From: Thermodesulfobacteriota bacterium
GTDB taxonomy: Bacteria; Desulfobacterota_D; UBA1144; Nemesobacterales; UBA2774
Reading direction: 5' to 3'
Assembly: GCA_965216785.1 (NCBI GenBank)
Contig: OZ244197.1
Location: 1,920,001-1,984,000, forward strand
DNA length: 64,000 bases
Under the pieces are notes generated by a model. That model saw nothing but the letters and a program-made list of their open reading frames with translations, had not been told where the DNA came from and did not search any database. Shown here in pieces: positions 59,478-64,000 of the stretch. Positions within the stretch are counted from its first letter, which is position 1; each line of letters begins with the position of its first letter. A program made the position numbers and the translations under genes.

Positions 59478-60599
59478 ATGGCCGCACTGCATATAGACGA
59501 TATTCTAAAAGCCGCGCTGAATGTAGGCGCCTCTGACATACACATAGGTTCGGGCAGAAGGCCCTATTTCAGAGTAGAGGGCAAACTGCTTTCCGTAAAC
59601 GAGGCCCCTAAACTAAACAATGAAGACGTCAGGGGTCTTGTACAGTCTATGATGAACGAGAAGCAGTGGAATAAGTTTCAGGACTCCTATGAAATGGACC
59701 TTGCTTACAGTATCCCGGGATTATCCAGATTCAGGGTGAATGCATATATGCAGCGGGGCACGACATCTATTGCTATAAGAGCCATCCCATTCGATATAAG
59801 GGACTTTAAAACACTAAACCTGCCTAAGGTACTTGAGAAGATCGCTGATGAAGAGCGCGGGCTGGTAATTCTTACCGGCACTACGGGTAGCGGCAAGTCG
59901 ACGACACTGGCCTCGATTGTGGATTACATCAATCAGAGTAAAGCCCGTCACATTATTACTGTCGAAGACCCGCTCGAGTATGTACATCAGGATAAAAAGA
60001 GTTATATAAATCAGCGTGAAATCGGTATAGACACAGAGACTTTCGCAGACGCGATGAGGGCTGCGCTCAGGGAAGACCCCGATGTTATTCTCGTTGGTGA
60101 GATGAGGGACCTTGAGACCATGGAGATATGTCTTTCGGCTGCGGAGACAGGGCATCTGGTGTTGACAACTTTGCATACGCTCGACGCGATGGAATCCATT
60201 AACCGTATGCTTACGATATTCCCGCCCCACCAGCACAACCAGGTGCGGTATCAGCTGGCGCAGGTGTTAAAGGCCGTGATCTCGCAGAGGCTCGTACCCA
60301 CTGCCGACGGAAAGTCCAGGGTGCCTGCCGCAGAAGTGCTGATTGCGACCGAAAGGGTTAAAGACCTGGTGTCTGAGCCCGAGAGGACATGGGAGATCCG
60401 GCAAGCGATTGAAGAGGGTAACCTTCACTACGGTATGCAGACCTTCGATCAGTGTCTTTATAAGCTATTCACAGACAAGCAGATTTCCTATGATGAAGCC
60501 ATGCGTCAGGCAACGAACAAGAACGACCTCGCGCTCAGGATCGAGGGTATCACCTCTGGTTCCTCTTCGCTCGTTCGCGAAGAGAATTACGGCACATAG
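59478..60599 (+). CDS. pilT: PilT/PilU family retraction ATPase
   Basis: ASDIH, TGTTGSGKSTT, EDPLEY, LREDPDVILVGEMRD, TGHLVLTTLH, GMQTFDQ. Confidence 0.9.
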   Translation: MAALHIDDILKAALNVGASDIHIGSGRRPYFRVEGKLLSVNEAPKLNNEDVRGLVQSMMNEKQWNKFQDSYEMDLAYSIPGLSRFRVNAYMQRGTTSIAIRAIPFDIRDFKTLNLPKVLEKIADEERGLVILTGTTGSGKSTTLASIVDYINQSKARHIITVEDPLEYVHQDKKSYINQREIGIDTETFADAMRAALREDPDVILVGEMRDLETMEICLSAAETGHLVLTTLHTLDAMESINRMLTIFPPHQHNQVRYQLAQVLKAVISQRLVPTADGKSRVPAAEVLIATERVKDLVSEPERTWEIRQAIEEGNLHYGMQTFDQCLYKLFTDKQISYDEAMRQATNKNDLALRIEGITSGSSSLVREENYGT

Positions 60600-60774
60600 T
60601 TAATGTCTGCTTACTAGAATACTTGCCCGCCGGCTATTTTAGACTGGAGCTTTGAGACGCCGACAGATAAAAAAATAGAGCGGCGCCCGTATCTAAAATC
60701 TACTAACTTAGGGTTTCAAACCCCCTTATACATTGATAGATATATTTTAGATGTGTACAATTCCAGGGTTAATT

Positions 60775-61476
60775 ATGAAAATTCTTGGAATAGAGACGTC
60801 TATGTATGCGGGGAGTATCGCGGTCTCTGAAGACGAGAAGGTTCTCGGAGAGTATTATTTCAATACCGGGCCTTCCCACTCGGAGAAGCTTATGCCCTCG
60901 ATCCAGTGGCTGCTTACAGAGCTGTCAATCGATAAAACCGCACTTGAGGCGGTAGCCGTGTCACTGGGGCCGGGCTCTTTTACCTCACTCAGGATTGGAT
61001 TGGCCAGCGCGAAAGGACTCTCGTACGCACTAGGCATTCCTATCATAGGTATCTCTACGCTTGAGCTCATGGCCAATAACGTTCCGTTCGCGCCTTTTAG
61101 GATTTGTCCCTTGATTGACGCAAGGAGAGGAGAGGTGTTCGCCGCTTTTTTTGAGTCGCGAGACGGCAGGGTAGTGAGGATTTCTGAGGATATGGTATTA
61201 TCTGCAGAGAATTTGGCCGGGAAAATTAAAGAGAGAACTGTATTTGTCGGCGAAGGTGCTTTACTTTACTCGGATTTTCTGGAAGATATCATGGGTGCAG
61301 ACGGGTATGCGGCATTGTGTCCGGAGGCGTTAAATTATCCAAGAGCCGGAGTTTTATCTTCTATGGGTTATTCAAAAATTAAGGAAGGCGGCGGGGACGA
61401 CCCGCATACGCTTTCGCCTCATTATATGAGAAAGTCAGAGGCCGAATTGTCTAAAGAGAGCGGCAAGAAAACTTGA
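60775..61476 (+). CDS. tsaB: tRNA t6A biosynthesis protein TsaB
   Basis: ILGIETS, GPGSFTSLRIG, IDARRGEV. Confidence 0.95.
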   Translation: MKILGIETSMYAGSIAVSEDEKVLGEYYFNTGPSHSEKLMPSIQWLLTELSIDKTALEAVAVSLGPGSFTSLRIGLASAKGLSYALGIPIIGISTLELMANNVPFAPFRICPLIDARRGEVFAAFFESRDGRVVRISEDMVLSAENLAGKIKERTVFVGEGALLYSDFLEDIMGADGYAALCPEALNYPRAGVLSSMGYSKIKEGGGDDPHTLSPHYMRKSEAELSKESGKKT

Positions 61477-61539
61477 GCAAAAAAGTGATTGAACAACAAA
61501 TAAATACACATATAAGAATTAATAAAGTGAGAGGTAAAA

Positions 61540-61752
61540 ATGAGTGAAGCAGAGATAATAGAAAAGCTCTTAGAGGATGACGAGGAATTTAAGAAAATAT
61601 ATTCCGAGCACAGAGAGCTTGACGAAGTCGTTAGGAACCTTGAGGAAAAGGATTTTCTTTCAGAAGAAGACGAGGTTGAAATAAAACGACTCAAGAAAAT
61701 AAAACTTTCCCTTAAGGACAGAATGGAAGCTAAAATCCACGAAGCTGGCTAA
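61540..61752 (+). CDS. DUF465/YdcH family small coiled-coil protein
   Basis: EHRELD, RLKKIKLSLKDRM. Confidence 0.85.
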   Translation: MSEAEIIEKLLEDDEEFKKIYSEHRELDEVVRNLEEKDFLSEEDEVEIKRLKKIKLSLKDRMEAKIHEAG

Positions 61753-61895
61753 TTCCTAATACGCCGGGTTATACAGCCGGGACAGTGGTTTAACAGACCA
61801 AGACAGGGGTTAATTAATAATCCGAGATACGGGTAATGGAATATATTGTGTACACTAACATTAAAACGAGATTTACTATTTAGGGGGTTTTGAAA

Positions 61896-63599
61896 ATGGC
61901 AAGAATGATTGGCGCCGAAATGTTTTTTGAGACTTTGATACACGAGGGCATAGATGTGGTGTTCGGGATTCCGGGCGGCTACGTGCTCAAAGTGTACGAC
62001 GTCATGCCGAAATATGAAGACAGGATAAAACACGTTCTTGCCAGACACGAGCAGGGAGCGACACATATGGCTGACGGTTACGCAAGGGCTTCGGGGAAAC
62101 CCGGCGTAGTGCTTTGCACATCGGGCCCGGCCGCAACGAACACCGTTACCGGCATCGCTACGGCTCAGATGGACTCTTCCCCTGTTGTGGTGTTTACAGG
62201 ACAGGTACCGCTGCCGTATCTTGGGAGCGACGCGTTTCAGGAAGCTGACCACATTGGGATCACAAGACCCTGCACGAAGCATAACTACCTTGTAAGAAGG
62301 GCCAAAGACCTTCCCCTGGCAATGAAAGAGGCTTTTTACATCGCGGGCACCGGAAGACCGAGCCCCGTGCTCGTTGACATGCCTAAGGACGTTATTCTCG
62401 GAGAGGACGAGCTGGTAATACCGGAAAGCGTTAGTCTCAGAGGCTACAAGCCCCCAAAGAAGGGCAACATTACGCAGGTTAAAAAAGCTGTAGATATGAT
62501 CCTCAAAGCAAAGCGCCCGTTAATTTTCGGCGGCGGCGGTATCATTTGGTCTGACGCCACGGAGGAGCTGAAAAAGTTTGCGCACAGACTAGAAATACCT
62601 GTTACCTCTACGCTTATGGGTCTGGGCTCCTACCCAGCGGACGATCCGCTTTTCGTAAACATGCTCGGGATGCACGGCTCATATGCCGCTAATATGGCGG
62701 TTCATGAGTCTGATCTAGTAATTTCCATAGGCGCTCGTTTTGACGACAGGGCCACAGGTGGAAATTTTGAGAAATTCGCCCCGAACGCAAAGATCATACA
62801 CATAGATATCGATCCCTCGACAATTGATAAAAACATAGTCGTACACTGTCCGATAATAGGCGATGCCAAAGCGGTGTTAAAGCAGATGATGGAGCTTCTG
62901 CCGGCTGAAATTAAAAAGAACAGGAAAAAATGGCTGGCTCAGATTAAGAAGTGGGACAAAGAGCACCCTATGAGCTATAACCAGAACGGGGATAAGATCC
63001 AGACAACTTATGTTATAGATACGCTAAGCAATTTAACAAAAGGCGAGTCGATAATCGTATCCGATGTCGGCCAGCACCAGATGTGGGTCGCACAGTTCTA
63101 TAAATTCAAATATCCGAGGACTCATATAACCTCGGGCGGGCTGGGTACAATGGGTTTTGGGTTCCCGGCGGCAATAGGGGCAAAGTTCGCGCGTCCCGAT
63201 AAGCAGGTTATATGTGTTTGCGGCGACGGCAGCTTCCAGATGAATATGCAGGAGCTCGCCACAGCGGTTGAGAACCGGATGGATATTAAGATAATTCTTA
63301 TGAATAACCGTCATCACGGTATGGTAAGACAGTGGCAGACGATGTTTTTCGACGGAAACTATTCCGCGTCGTATTTCGAAGTTCTGCCCGACTTCGTCAA
63401 GCTTGCCGAGTCGTTTGGTGCAAGGGGGCTTAGAGCGGAAAGGCCCGAGGACGTTGAGTCTACACTCAGAGAGGGGCTCTCGACCGAAGGCGTTGTGCTG
63501 ATGGAGATGATGGTTGACTGCGAAGAGCTCGTTTATCCTATGATCGCTCCCGGAGGCGCCATGAACGAAATGATCTTAGGCGCATCTGATGTAGCTTAA
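61896..63599 (+). CDS. ilvB: Acetolactate synthase large subunit
   Basis: RHEQGA, TSGP, MLGMHG, RFDDR, DVGQHQMW, GDGSFQMN. Confidence 0.97.
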   Translation: MARMIGAEMFFETLIHEGIDVVFGIPGGYVLKVYDVMPKYEDRIKHVLARHEQGATHMADGYARASGKPGVVLCTSGPAATNTVTGIATAQMDSSPVVVFTGQVPLPYLGSDAFQEADHIGITRPCTKHNYLVRRAKDLPLAMKEAFYIAGTGRPSPVLVDMPKDVILGEDELVIPESVSLRGYKPPKKGNITQVKKAVDMILKAKRPLIFGGGGIIWSDATEELKKFAHRLEIPVTSTLMGLGSYPADDPLFVNMLGMHGSYAANMAVHESDLVISIGARFDDRATGGNFEKFAPNAKIIHIDIDPSTIDKNIVVHCPIIGDAKAVLKQMMELLPAEIKKNRKKWLAQIKKWDKEHPMSYNQNGDKIQTTYVIDTLSNLTKGESIIVSDVGQHQMWVAQFYKFKYPRTHITSGGLGTMGFGFPAAIGAKFARPDKQVICVCGDGSFQMNMQELATAVENRMDIKIILMNNRHHGMVRQWQTMFFDGNYSASYFEVLPDFVKLAESFGARGLRAERPEDVESTLREGLSTEGVVLMEMMVDCEELVYPMIAPGGAMNEMILGASDVA

Positions 63600-63683
63600 T
63601 TCATACGATTAAGTATAATACTCGGGCTGTGAACAGTATTCCCATTTATACTCACAAAGAAAAAATAGCGGAGGTATGAATAA

Positions 63684-64000
63684 GTGAGGCATACGATATC
63701 ACTATTTGTAGATAATGAATCGGGCGTTCTCTCAAGAGTCGCGGGCCTATTCAGCGCACGGGGCTTCAACATCGAGAGCTTGAACGTGGCTGAGACCATG
63801 GACCCCGATACCTCCAGGATCACGCTCGTGACCGAAGGGGATGATTTCATAATCTCGCAAATAATAAAGAGATTTAACAACATGGTAAACGTGATTAATG
63901 TCACGGACCTGACAGATGAGCCCAAGGTTGAAAGAGAGATGGTGCTGATTAGGGTGGAGGCCAAGGATAAGACCAGGGCCGAGATACTCAGAATGGCCGA
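63684..64000 (+). CDS. ilvN: Acetolactate synthase small subunit (truncated by window end; absent from the ORF track)
   Basis: GTG start after GGAGG; translates MRHTISLFVDNESGVLSRVAGLFSARGFNIESL. Confidence 0.95.
   Translation, partial: MRHTISLFVDNESGVLSRVAGLFSARGFNIESLNVAETMDPDTSRITLVTEGDDFIISQIIKRFNNMVNVINVTDLTDEPKVEREMVLIRVEAKDKTRAEILRMA

Noticed and set aside
61836-61883. Possible ilvB attenuator leader peptide MEYIVYTNIKTRFTI
   Set aside because: Only scattered Ile/Val codons and no terminator/antiterminator hairpin before ilvB
63676-63687. Mini-ORF MNK* overlapping the ilvN start
   Set aside because: The GGAGG spacing fits the ilvN GTG, not this ATG

Overview
Bacterial chromosomal window of mostly housekeeping genes: RND-MFP-TetR/TolC efflux locus, trxA, aroK, ribE, lspA, ihfB, def, pgk-like/tpiA/secG, nth, cimA-lysC-tsaE-nnr, cysS, ogt-pgpA-cinA-recA-pilT, tsaB, ilvB-ilvN. 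Gene order and the several IPTL-CTERM proteins suggest a delta-proteobacterial-grade organism such as Ca. Dadabacteria (inference). I found no rRNA, tRNA, CRISPR array, integrase or transposase. The most notable accessory signals are: (1) three tandem paralogous small Cys/His (AN1/B-box-like) proteins, each with its own conserved promoter, divergent from a radical SAM gene, plus a 204-bp displaced copy of one gene's 3' end that brackets a two-gene islet; (2) four monocistronic IPTL-CTERM surface-protein modules with unrelated passengers but a near-identical UUCG terminator, next to a divergently split SigK/RskA pair; (3) a full-length PGK homologue that has lost most substrate-binding and catalytic residues; (4) an AT-rich ~1.5-kb TPR islet inserted in the 3' end of a Yip1 gene, with att-like repeats and arm-type sites but no integrase; (5) a dispersed ~48-bp repeat family, tandemly amplified at one site; (6) an 8 x 53-aa glycine-rich propeller surface protein with a different, Cys-containing sorting tail.
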